Source: Cupriavidus necator
Lineage (GTDB): Bacteria > Pseudomonadota > Gammaproteobacteria > Burkholderiales > Burkholderiaceae
DNA: 32,000 nt
Direction of reading: 5' to 3'
Assembly: GCF_016127575.1 (NCBI RefSeq)
Contig: NZ_CP066020.1
Span: 421,478-453,477 of the forward strand
A program made the translations under genes and the position numbers. A model generated the notes under the pieces. The model ran no database searches and had not been told where the DNA came from. It saw only the letters and a program-made list of their open reading frames with translations. Shown here one piece after another: positions 16,952 to 25,449 of this stretch (position 1 is its first letter; each line of letters begins with the position of its first letter).

Positions 16952-17646
16952 CCTGCCTGCATGACTTCAGCTTGTGCGACCGCGCCGTCGCGCAGAACTA
17001 CGCGGCTAACGAAAATCCCGGGCGTCACGACGTCCTCGGGGTCGAGCTCGCCTAGTTCGCATACGCGAGCTACGGCCGCGATCGTCTGGCTTGCTGCCAT
17101 TGCCATGACGGGCGCGAAGTTGCGTGCGGTCTTGTTATAGATAAGGTTGCCCCAGCGGTCGGCGGCCGCGGCGTTGATCAGCGCGACATCGACAGGGAGG
17201 GGGTACTCGAGTACGTAGCCGCGACCGTCGATCTGGCGGGTCTCCTTACCCTCAGCCAGCAGCGTGCCGTAACCGGTGGGCGTGTAGAAGGCGCCGATGC
17301 CGCTTCCGGCGGCGCGCAGGCGCTCAGCTAGCGTGCCTTGCGGCACGACTTCCAGCTCGATCTGGCCGGCGCGGTACAGTTCCTCAAATACGTAGGCATC
17401 GCGCTGGCGCGGGAAGGAACACACCAGCTTGCGTACCCGGCGGGCCTTGAGTAGCGCCGCCAGCCCGGTGTCACCGTTGCCGGCGTTGTTGCTGACCACC
17501 GTGAGGTCCTTGGCGCCCTGCTCGATCAGAGCGTCGATCAGTTCGTCGGGCATGCCGGCGCCGCCGAATCCGCCAATCGCGATGGTGGCGCCATCGGGGA
17601 CATCGTCCATGGCTTCCCGCGCCGTTCTGTAAAGCTTATCGATCAT
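16948..17646 (-). CDS. pcaI: 3-oxoadipate (3-oxoacid) CoA-transferase subunit A
   Basis: 232 aa with the motifs GGFGGAGMPDELI, TVVSNNAG and VPQGTLAERLRAAGSGIGAFYTPTG, typical of family I CoA-transferase alpha subunits. Confidence 0.88.
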   Translation of the reverse strand: MIDKLYRTAREAMDDVPDGATIAIGGFGGAGMPDELIDALIEQGAKDLTVVSNNAGNGDTGLAALLKARRVRKLVCSFPRQRDAYVFEELYRAGQIELEVVPQGTLAERLRAAGSGIGAFYTPTGYGTLLAEGKETRQIDGRGYVLEYPLPVDVALINAAAADRWGNLIYNKTARNFAPVMAMAASQTIAAVARVCELGELDPEDVVTPGIFVSRVVLRDGAVAQAEVMQAG

Positions 17647-17899
17647 GTCTCGCGTCCTTGTTGTCTGCGAGAGTAGGTTGCCATGCAGTCGGTGGCCTTA
17701 CAATTTCGGGTTCTGCAAGCAGCCTTAGCGTTGGGTTAAGGCGTGGGGAAGCCGGGCAACAGCACGCTTGCTTGCGGCGGGAGGCGCGCTATGCTCGTCA
17801 ATCTCCATAGCTGCGAAGGCGGGCGACAACGTACCCACGCGAGCCGGTCTCGTGGCTGACACCAAGCGGGTACGGGGCAGGTGCAAGCAGGGAAGGGAG

Positions 17900-18814
17900 C
17901 TAGCCAGCGCTGCCGCCCGGTGCGTAGCGGCCGATCAGCCGGTTGGCGAACTCGCGGGCGAAGCTCGACAGGCCTTCCAGGTCTCGCGCGCAAACCTGGA
18001 AGGTGCGGATGGCCCAGTCATCGCGCAGGTTGCAGGCGCCAATCGGCTGCTCGCCCTTGAGGCGCGCGAATGCGGCCTTTGGCATGATGGCGATGCCAGC
18101 CCCGGCGGCGACCATGCGGCAGATGGCGTCGTAACTGGCCACATGCACGCGGATGGTCATGGGCTTGTGCAGCGCGCCCGCAGCACGCGTCATGAACATC
18201 TGGAAGGCACTGCCTTCGAGCAGCGCGACGAAGGCGTATTCCAGCGACTGCTCGAACCAGACCTCGCGCTGCGCAAGCAGCGGATGGCCGAGTGGTGCAA
18301 CCAGAATCAGTGCGCTTTTGACGAAGGGCACCGCCTGCAGGCCCGCGGTGGGCACATTGCCGGAGATGATGCCCAGATCGGTGGCACCTTCGCGCACCAG
18401 GCGGACGATGTCGTCGCTCAGGCGCTCACGTACGTCGATGCGCACGTCCGGGTGGCTGGCGAGATAGTCGCCGATCACCGGTGGCAGGTACTCCGTGATG
18501 GCCGTGGTGTTGGCCACCAGCTTGAGCTGCCCCGAAAGGCCCGCAGTGAACGGCTGGAGGTTGCCTGTGAGCCGCTCCAGTTCGGCGAGCACCACGCGGG
18601 CGTGCTGGAGATAAACTTCGCCGGCCGCCGTCAACGCTACCCCCTGGGGCGAGCGCTCCAGTAAGCGCACACCCAGCGTGTCTTCGAGATTCTTGATGCG
18701 GTTGCTGACTGCCGGCACGGAAAGGAAGGAACGCTCCGCACCACGGGTCAGGCTGCGCGTCTCCGCTACATTGACGAAGAGTCGGAAATCGGTGATGTCG
18801 AAGGGAACGGCCAT
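17900..18814 (-). CDS. LysR-family transcriptional regulator
   Basis: 304 aa with the N-terminal wHTH RSLTRGAERSFLSVPAVSNRIKNLEDTLGVRLLER and a C-terminal LysR substrate-binding-like domain. It is co-directional with pcaIJ. Confidence 0.88.
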   Translation of the reverse strand: MAVPFDITDFRLFVNVAETRSLTRGAERSFLSVPAVSNRIKNLEDTLGVRLLERSPQGVALTAAGEVYLQHARVVLAELERLTGNLQPFTAGLSGQLKLVANTTAITEYLPPVIGDYLASHPDVRIDVRERLSDDIVRLVREGATDLGIISGNVPTAGLQAVPFVKSALILVAPLGHPLLAQREVWFEQSLEYAFVALLEGSAFQMFMTRAAGALHKPMTIRVHVASYDAICRMVAAGAGIAIMPKAAFARLKGEQPIGACNLRDDWAIRTFQVCARDLEGLSSFAREFANRLIGRYAPGGSAG

Positions 18815-18912
18815 GCCGCAGTTCTCACGCAGAAACTGACTGTGCCACGCTCATACCCGCGAGGGCGGGTAGGCGCGCGGCGGGAAAGCGGCCGTGCCGT
18901 GGCTACCATTGG

Positions 18913-19803
18913 TCACCAGGTGGCGGGCTCGAAGCGAAAGCCTTCGCCCTGTCGGCGCACGTAGCCGCAGTAGGGCTCGCCGAAATGCACCGGCAAGACC
19001 AGTGACTCGCGGTCAGCGGCCTGGTTGAGGAAGGCCAGGCGCGTACTGCGCGCCAAGTCGGGGCGGATGCAATAGCCGGAATTCACGTCAGGGCGCACGA
19101 TTTGCAGCGGACTGTGCAGGATGTCGCCGCAGAAGATCGCTTCCTCACCCCGCGAGCGGACGCGGAACACCACCTGGCCAGGGCTATGGCCCGAGGCGGG
19201 CTCGACCTGCAGGCAGTTGGCGATCTCCTGCCCGGGCAATATCATTTCTGCCAGGCCTTCCGTGACCACCGGCATGACACTGTCAAAAAAGGACTCGCCG
19301 AATACATCCACCACGCCCGGTTCCTTGTTGCGACCCTCGTCGCAGAAGTCAAAGTCATCCTTGGGGATGTAGTAGCGCGCATTGGGGAAGGTTGGTACCC
19401 AGCGGTTGTCCTGCCAGGTAGTGTTCCAGCCGACATGGTCCGCATGCAAGTGCGTCATCACCACATGCGTGACCTTCTCCGGTGGTGCGCCGGCGGCGAT
19501 CATCCACTCGCGCACCAGCGTGTTGAGCATATTCATACGCGCAATGCCGGCGCGCGGCTTGAAGTTGCCCACGCCGGTATCCACCACGATGATGTTGTCG
19601 CCGGCGTGCACTACCCAGAACTGGATCGTCACGATCAGCTTGTTCATGTGTGGTATCCAATGGTGCGGTGCCATCAGGTCAGCGTTGGCATCGAGCACGG
19701 CGCGGTCGATGTCCGGGAAGAGGAAGGCAGGATCATGCGTGGGTCCCGCGTATTCGAGGATGCGGGTGACCTTCAGGTCGCCGAGGGTGCGCGATTGCAT
19801 CAT
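18913..19803 (-). CDS. MBL-fold metallo-hydrolase (lactonase-like)
   Basis: About 296 aa from the ATG at 19803 (RBS aaggaga). The HxHxDH motif reads THLHADHVGW. The long antisense ORF 19102-19998 is an artefact. Confidence 0.8.
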   Translation of the reverse strand: MMQSRTLGDLKVTRILEYAGPTHDPAFLFPDIDRAVLDANADLMAPHHWIPHMNKLIVTIQFWVVHAGDNIIVVDTGVGNFKPRAGIARMNMLNTLVREWMIAAGAPPEKVTHVVMTHLHADHVGWNTTWQDNRWVPTFPNARYYIPKDDFDFCDEGRNKEPGVVDVFGESFFDSVMPVVTEGLAEMILPGQEIANCLQVEPASGHSPGQVVFRVRSRGEEAIFCGDILHSPLQIVRPDVNSGYCIRPDLARSTRLAFLNQAADRESLVLPVHFGEPYCGYVRRQGEGFRFEPATW

Positions 19804-20083
19804 GTGCCGTGTCTCCTTTTCTGGTGTTGCGATGGCCCGCCTTGGGACCTGTCTTTGCGGTATGGCCAAGGCCCGCATTGGCCGGCGTCAAGCATCGGTG
19901 ATCTTCATCCCGCCGCCAATTTTGCATTCCAAAAGAGGGGTTTCAGGCAGATTCACACGTGCGGTGCATTTCACACTCGCATGTATGTCAGAGTATGAGT
20001 TACAAGTCTTGGGGTGTCCAAGACTGAAAATGTTGGATTCGATATCTACAGGGTATCGCAGCGCCTTGGCGAATCAACAATAC

Positions 20084-20471
20084 GTCGTGAAACCTCCTGG
20101 GTTCTCGCATTGCTGCGGGAAGGCTCGCAAAGGGAAGTTCGCGGTTCTGCGGGTGACCAGCGCCAAGCGCATGCGCTCCAAGCTGGTGGCGGTCAAAGAG
20201 CAACTGCGCAGGCGCATGCACCAGACCATCGCGGAGCAAGAGAGGTATCTGAGCGCGATGGTGATCCGGCATGTGCGGTAGTCCGGGATGCCGCGCAACG
20301 GACAGCGCCGCTAGACCGCTTCCATATTTGCATTGCCCGACTGTGGTACCGCACTTTGCGTCGCCGGGGTCAGAAGTGCGGCCTAACGTGGCAGCAGATG
20401 ACCCGTCTCATTTCGCATTGGGTGCCTCCCACTTACATTTGAGCGCGTGGCCGAGCATAGCGTGGACCTAG
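20084..20471 (+). mobile_element. Relic of a group II intron reverse transcriptase/maturase gene: C-terminal part only, with frameshifts and an in-frame stop
   Basis: The piece GFSHCCGKARKGKFAVLRVTSAKRMRSKLVAVKEQLRRRMHQTIAEQERYLSAMV ends at an in-frame TAG. LDRFHICIARLWYRTLRRRGQKCGLTWQQMTRLISHWVPP follows in another frame, and HLSAWPSIAW in a third. These match the conserved maturase (X-domain) tail of bacterial group II intron proteins. No RT palm region is present. Confidence 0.6.
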
Positions 20472-20625
20472 AGCCCGATGCGGAGCACGTCCCGGAGCTG
20501 GCGACTAGCGAGTTGCTCGCGCTTGAAGCCAAGCAATCAGGTACCGAACCAGCGTATATGCGAGCGTCAACAACTGCGCTGGTCGCCGAACAATGTCCAT
20601 TTGGTCGACCAGGCACGATGTGCGG

Positions 20626-21633
20626 TCAGTCGGCGCGAATACCACGCTCGCGGATCAGCACGCCCCACTTCTGGCTTTCTTTCGCCAGGTGGTCGCGCAG
20701 GGCGGAGGGCGTGCTGCCGATCGGCTCGGCACCGATCAAGGCCAGACGCTTCTGCACCTCCGGTTTCTTCAGTGCCTCGAGCATGGCTCGGTTCAGCGAC
20801 TCGATCACTGGCTGCGGGGTCTTAGCCGGCACGAAGGCGGCGAACCAGGGCGATAGCTCATAGCCCGGAAGTCCGGCTTCGGCCACCGTCGGCACGTTCA
20901 GCAGGGCACTGGAGCGCTTGGCAGTGGTTACTGCGATGGCGCGTAGCTTACCGGCGTCAATTTGCGGCTTGGCCGACGTGATGCTGTCGAACATATAGTC
21001 CACCTGCCCGCCCAGCATGTCGGACATGGCAGGGCCGCTGCCCTTGTAAGGGATGTGCAGCATGTCGATGCCGGCCATCGAGTTGAAGAGCGCAGCCGCG
21101 AGGTGGATAGAAGTACCGTTGCCAGCCGAAGCATACGTGTACTTGCCGGGCGAAGCCTTGGCGTGGGCGATCACCTCCTTGACGGTGCCTTCTTGCCTTC
21201 GGTTCTTGTTGACGACCAATACATTGGGCACCACGGCCAGCAGCGAAACGGGCGCAAAGTCCTTGACAGGATCATACGTCAGTTGGCCGTATAGCTCGGA
21301 GTTCACGGACATGCCGTTGCCTACGATAATCATTGTGTAGCCGTCGGCCGGCGAGCGCGCGACCATTTCGGCGCCGATATTGCCGCCGGCGCCAGGTCGA
21401 TTCTCCACGACGACCGGTTGACCGAGCGTGCGCGACATGTCGTCTCCCAGCGTGCGGGCGATATTGTCAATGGCACCGCCCGCTGGAAACGGCACTACCC
21501 AGCGGATGGCGCGGTCGGGATAGGCGGCATGCGCGGCCGCAGTTGCGAAAGCCAGTGCAAACGAAAGGCCTGTGGCGAGTGCCACTGTGCCTGCGCGGCC
21601 GGTGTTTCCCCGCAGCTGGAACAATGTCTTCAT
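20626..21633 (-). CDS. Bug/TctC-family tripartite tricarboxylate transporter substrate-binding protein
   Basis: 335 aa with a signal peptide and the motifs RWVVPFPAGG, VENRPGAGGNIG and HIPYKGSGPAMSDMLGGQVD. The RBS is gaggag. Confidence 0.88.
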   Translation of the reverse strand: MKTLFQLRGNTGRAGTVALATGLSFALAFATAAAHAAYPDRAIRWVVPFPAGGAIDNIARTLGDDMSRTLGQPVVVENRPGAGGNIGAEMVARSPADGYTMIIVGNGMSVNSELYGQLTYDPVKDFAPVSLLAVVPNVLVVNKNRRQEGTVKEVIAHAKASPGKYTYASAGNGTSIHLAAALFNSMAGIDMLHIPYKGSGPAMSDMLGGQVDYMFDSITSAKPQIDAGKLRAIAVTTAKRSSALLNVPTVAEAGLPGYELSPWFAAFVPAKTPQPVIESLNRAMLEALKKPEVQKRLALIGAEPIGSTPSALRDHLAKESQKWGVLIRERGIRAD

Positions 21634-21688
21634 AGTCTCCTCTCAGGGTTCAGGTTCAAATACAGCGACTAACTCAATGGTGCGGCAC

Positions 21689-21983
21689 TCATCGAATCGA
21701 CGATGGGTGCTTCGCGAGCGGCGTGGCGCGGATCTTCGTGTACGGGACGAGCGGCAGGGCCGACAGCAGCGTGTGCAGGGCTTCGTTCGATTCCACGTCG
21801 AGGATGCTGTAGCTGGCGTATTGGCCGACGACGCAATAGAGCTTCTGTCACTTGCTTTCTTGCCTTCTTGCCTTCTTGCTGCAGCTGCTAAGCGTATGCG
21901 TTTTCGGGCGCCTTGATGTCGTCGGTCTGCGCGAGGGACATGTCGTGCGGCAGGTTCACATTTATACGGACCAGATAGAGCAT
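21689..21983 (-). pseudogene. catC: Inactivated second muconolactone isomerase gene (catC paralog) downstream of catB
   Basis: The hand translation gives MLYLVRINVNLPHDMSLAQTDDIKAPENAYA, then TAG (21888-21890), then QLQQEGK, then a 16 nt repeat insertion, then TGA (21848-21850) where copy 1 has Trp, then QKLYCVVGQYASYSILDVESNEALHTLLSALPLVPYTKIRATPLAKHPSSIR*. The length is 295 nt, which is 93 codons plus 16. Confidence 0.8.
21848..21879 (-). repeat. Four tandem 8 bp units (minus sense gcaagaag, gcaagaag, gcaagaaa, gcaagtga) inside the dead catC
   Basis: Read directly on the plus strand as tca cttgcttt cttgcctt cttgcctt cttgc. Removing the two middle units restores the reading frame. Confidence 0.8.
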
Positions 21984-22010
21984 GGCAATCCTATTTCAGA
22001 AACTGTGCGA

Positions 22011-23129
22011 TCAGGCTCGACGGTAGTGCGCCAGTTTGGCTTCATCAATCGTGAGGCCCAGGCCCGGGCCTTCGGGCAAGTGCAGGCGGAAATCGCGGTA
22101 CTCGGGGCGCTTCACGACGATATCGTCCTTCACCAGCAACGGGCCCAACAGTTCGGTGCCCCAGGCCAGTTGCGGCAGGGTGCAGAAGCCATGCGCGGCG
22201 GCGATGGTGCCCACGGTGCCTTCCAGCATGGTGCCGCCATAGAGCGCGATGCCGGCGGCGTCGCCGACGGCGGCGGTGCGCAGCATGCCGAAGATGCCAC
22301 CAGACTTGGCGATCTTCAGCGCGAATACGTCGGCGGCACCCAGGCGAGCCAGATCCATGGCATCTTCCGGCCCGCAGACGGCTTCGTCTGCCATGATCGG
22401 CACAATGAAGCGCGCGGCCAGCCGGGCCAGCGCCGTCCGCTGCTCGCGCGGCGTGGGCTGCTCGATCAGGTCGATGCCAGCGGCTTCCAGCGCGGCGATG
22501 CCGGTGGCGGCGTCGGCCTCGTTCCAGGCCTGGTTGACGTCGACGGTGACGCAGGCGCGATCGCCCAGCGCGCGCTTGATCCCGGAGACATGCGCCACGT
22601 CGTCACGCACGCTGCGGCGGCCGATCTTCAGCTTGAAGGTGTTGTGCCGGCGCTCGGCCAGCAGGCGCTCGGCTTCCTCGATGTCGCGCGCGGTGTCGCC
22701 GGAGGCCAGCGTCCACAGCACCGGCAGGGTGTCGCGCACCTTGCCGCCCAGCAGCGTGGCCAGCGGCACGCCGAGGCGCTTGCCTTGTGCGTCTAGTAGC
22801 GCAGTCTCCAGCGCCGACTTGGCAAAGCGGTTGCCGCGCGCCACCTTATTCAGCCGTGTCATGGCGGCGTGGACGTTCGTGGCGTCCTGCCCGGCCAGCG
22901 CGGGGGCGAGGTAGGTGTCGATGGTCAGCTTGATGCCTTCCGGACTCTCATCGCCGTAAGACAGCCCACCGATGGTGGTGGCCTCGCCGATGCCCTCGAT
23001 GCCGTCGCAGCAGCGCAGCCGCACGATCACCAGCGTCTGCTGCTGCATGGTGGCCATGGCGAGCTGGTGTGCCCGGATGGTAGGCAAGTCGACCAGAATG
23101 GCTTCTATCGATTGAATTGTCGCCTTCAT
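22011..23129 (-). CDS. catB: Muconate cycloisomerase I
   Basis: About 372 aa from the ATG at 23129. It matches CatB closely throughout: DLPTIRAHQLAMATMQQQTLVIVRLRC, GEATTIGGLSYGDESPEGIK, WTLASGDTARDI, FKLKIG, FALKIAKSGG, WGTELLGPLL. The track ORF starts 15 codons earlier. Confidence 0.9.
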   Translation of the reverse strand: MKATIQSIEAILVDLPTIRAHQLAMATMQQQTLVIVRLRCCDGIEGIGEATTIGGLSYGDESPEGIKLTIDTYLAPALAGQDATNVHAAMTRLNKVARGNRFAKSALETALLDAQGKRLGVPLATLLGGKVRDTLPVLWTLASGDTARDIEEAERLLAERRHNTFKLKIGRRSVRDDVAHVSGIKRALGDRACVTVDVNQAWNEADAATGIAALEAAGIDLIEQPTPREQRTALARLAARFIVPIMADEAVCGPEDAMDLARLGAADVFALKIAKSGGIFGMLRTAAVGDAAGIALYGGTMLEGTVGTIAAAHGFCTLPQLAWGTELLGPLLVKDDIVVKRPEYRDFRLHLPEGPGLGLTIDEAKLAHYRRA

Positions 23130-23331
23130 GTCTGTGCAGGGTATATAGCCCGGAATGGAGTGTTCGAATGCCACTACCGACAGTGTTCAAGGTGACGTCA
23201 GCAAGACAGATCTGACGGGAGAGCCTTTTCAGATTCGAGCCCTTTCCACTAGATCCCACGGTTCCGAGAAAGTCGGATACCGCCGTCACAGTGATTGCAC
23301 TTGTGTTGCGCGATGCTCTTTTGTCTTGGGA

Positions 23332-24309
23332 TCAGGGCAATCGTGCAATACGATCGCGCGCAGCAACGTACTCACGACTAAGTCGTCTCACGATCTCGGA
23401 GGTGGTAGGAATGTCATGGATCTGCGCCACGCCATGCCCGGCGCCCCAGATATCCTTCCAAGCTTTTGGCTTGGAGCGACCATCCGCAAAGCTCATCTTG
23501 GATTTCTCGCCTTCTCTCAGATTATCGGGATCCAACCCAATACGCTCGATGCTTTCGCGGACGTAGTTTCCGTGCACACCGGAAAATAAATTGCTATAGA
23601 CGATGTCAGACGCGCCGGCCTTGATCAGCGATTGCTTGTAGTCCGGGCTCGCATTGGCTTCCTCGCTGGCGATGAAGCGCGTACCGATGTAGGCAAAGTC
23701 AGCGCCCATGGCCTGCGCCGCAAGAATTGCATCGCCGGTGGCGATAGCGCCGGACAGCGCGATGGGACCGTTGAAGCGACGACGGACCTCACCTACCAAA
23801 GCCATCGGCGACAGTGTTCCAGCATGTCCACCGGCACCGGCAGCGACAAGAATCAGCCCGTCAACACCAGCTTCCAATGCTTTCTCTGCATGGCGCAGAT
23901 TGACCACATCATGGAAGATAATGCCGCCATAGGAATGGACGGCTTCGACGATCTCCCGCACCGGCGCCCGCAGTGAGGTGATGAAGATTGGCACGCGATG
24001 GCGCACGCACGTTGCTACGTCTTGTTCCAGCCGCACATTGGAAGTGTGGGCAATCTGGTTGACCGCGAGCGGCCCGACAATCGCGCCGGGATTGGCCGCC
24101 CGAAAGGTGTCGAGCTCCTCCCTCATCAGCGTCAGCCATTCATCGAGCAATTCCGGCTGACGCGCATTCAATGCGGGAAATGAACCCACGATGCCGGCCT
24201 TGCATTGGGCTAGCACCAATTCCGGATAGCTCACCGTGAACATTGGCGACGAGATGACGGGCAAGGTCAGGTTCTGCAGGATGGGAGGCAGATGGGGGGC
24301 GGTAGCCAT
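23332..24309 (-). CDS. Nitronate monooxygenase (2-nitropropane dioxygenase / FMN-dependent NMO family)
   Basis: 325 aa with the motifs PVISSPMFTVS near the N-terminus, LILVAAGAGGHAGTLSP and IALSGAIATGDAILAAQAMGADFAYIGTRF, typical of the NMO TIM-barrel family. Confidence 0.8.
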   Translation of the reverse strand: MATAPHLPPILQNLTLPVISSPMFTVSYPELVLAQCKAGIVGSFPALNARQPELLDEWLTLMREELDTFRAANPGAIVGPLAVNQIAHTSNVRLEQDVATCVRHRVPIFITSLRAPVREIVEAVHSYGGIIFHDVVNLRHAEKALEAGVDGLILVAAGAGGHAGTLSPMALVGEVRRRFNGPIALSGAIATGDAILAAQAMGADFAYIGTRFIASEEANASPDYKQSLIKAGASDIVYSNLFSGVHGNYVRESIERIGLDPDNLREGEKSKMSFADGRSKPKAWKDIWGAGHGVAQIHDIPTTSEIVRRLSREYVAARDRIARLP

Positions 24310-24342
24310 GATGGTGGTTCCCTTGAGTTGATTAAGTTCGGC

Positions 24343-25320
24343 TCAATCGAGCGACACACCGGAAAGTTTCACGCGTTCGCTCTGGATTCTTCGGTCTTGT
24401 GCCAGAAAATCCTTGAAGGCCGCTGGTGTGGAGCCCACCGCGACATAGGAGAACGCATCGATATACTTTCTCCGGAAGTCTGGAGACTGGACGATGCGGC
24501 TGACGTCAGAGGAAATCTTCTCCACTAGCGCGGTCGGCGTGCCATGCGGCGCCACAAGGCCGATATTGAAGACCGCATTGATCTCCTTGATCCCTAACTC
24601 CTTGAAGGTGGGCACATCGGGCAGCGCCGCCGAGCGCGTGTCCGCCGAGACGGCGAGGGCCTTGAGCGCGCCCGACTTGACGTGCTGCTCGATCACCGAG
24701 ACGCCGAGCACGGCGGCATCGATCTGCCCTGAGATCACTTCTGGGATCAGTGGCGCGGCACCCTTGTAAGGGACGTGCACCATGGTCAGATTCTCGTTAT
24801 GCGTGAACATCGCCATGGGTAGGTGCGCGATGCCGCCGGCGCCAGAGGAGCCGTAGGTCATCGGCTTGCTTGCCGAAACCTTCTTCGCGAGCGCGATGAA
24901 CTCCTTGAGTGAATTGGCGGGCGAGGTCTTCGGCACGAAGAACACCAACGGTAGTGCCACGAGTCGCGACACCTCGGCAAAGTCCTTGTCTGGGCTGTAC
25001 GGCAGCTTCTTGTACAGGAATTGGTTCATGGTTAGCGCAGCTTCCGTGCCAGCAAACAGCGTGTAGCCGTCCGGCGCGCTCTTGGCGACGAACTCGGCGC
25101 CGATGATTTCATTGGCGCCAGGCTTGTTCAGCACCACCACCGGCTGCTTCCACGCATCGGCAAGCCGTGGCGTGAGCCCTCGCACGAAGCTGTCCACCGG
25201 CCCGCCGGCCGAGTACGGCACGACGATGGTCACCGGCTTGCTCGGGAAGCTCTGTGCCGCTGCGGTGCCGGCAACCGTTAGGGCGACCAGCATGCCGGTC
25301 AGTCTGATAAGGGATTGCAT
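24343..25320 (-). CDS. Bug/TctC-family substrate-binding protein
   Basis: About 325 aa from the ATG at 25320 (RBS aggaga). It has the signal peptide MQSLIRLTGMLVALTVAGTAAAQ and the motifs IVVPYSAGGPVD and HVPYKGAAPLIPEVISGQID. Confidence 0.88.
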   Translation of the reverse strand: MQSLIRLTGMLVALTVAGTAAAQSFPSKPVTIVVPYSAGGPVDSFVRGLTPRLADAWKQPVVVLNKPGANEIIGAEFVAKSAPDGYTLFAGTEAALTMNQFLYKKLPYSPDKDFAEVSRLVALPLVFFVPKTSPANSLKEFIALAKKVSASKPMTYGSSGAGGIAHLPMAMFTHNENLTMVHVPYKGAAPLIPEVISGQIDAAVLGVSVIEQHVKSGALKALAVSADTRSAALPDVPTFKELGIKEINAVFNIGLVAPHGTPTALVEKISSDVSRIVQSPDFRRKYIDAFSYVAVGSTPAAFKDFLAQDRRIQSERVKLSGVSLD

Positions 25321-25449
25321 GGTGTCTCCTGGTGTTCGTCTGGGGTTGCAATGCGCCACCGCACGGGCGGTCGCGGACAGGGGCCCCGATTCTGCGATCG
25401 GATACCCCGCTGAAACGGATCAAGGGGAGAGCGGCGATGTGGCGCGCGC

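Noticed and set aside
19102-20083. 298-299 aa plus-strand ORFs (19102-19998, 19382-20281) antisense to the MBL hydrolase
   Set aside because: These are antisense shadow ORFs of a GC-rich gene. Only the last 65 or so codons of 19382-20281 (from about 20084) carry real similarity, to the group II intron maturase, and that part is annotated separately.
20443-20625. Group II intron domain V/VI downstream of the maturase relic
   Set aside because: I looked for the roughly 34 nt AGC-containing hairpin with a GNRA loop. The only inverted repeat (accagcg...cgctggt, near 20545-20585) has a 22 nt unpaired interior and does not fit domain V.
21848-21879. The 8 bp tandem tract as a CRISPR-like or regulatory repeat
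   Set aside because: The units are contiguous with no spacers and lie inside a recognisable, though dead, coding sequence. Slipped-strand duplication explains the tract fully. No CRISPR array or cas gene is present anywhere in the window.
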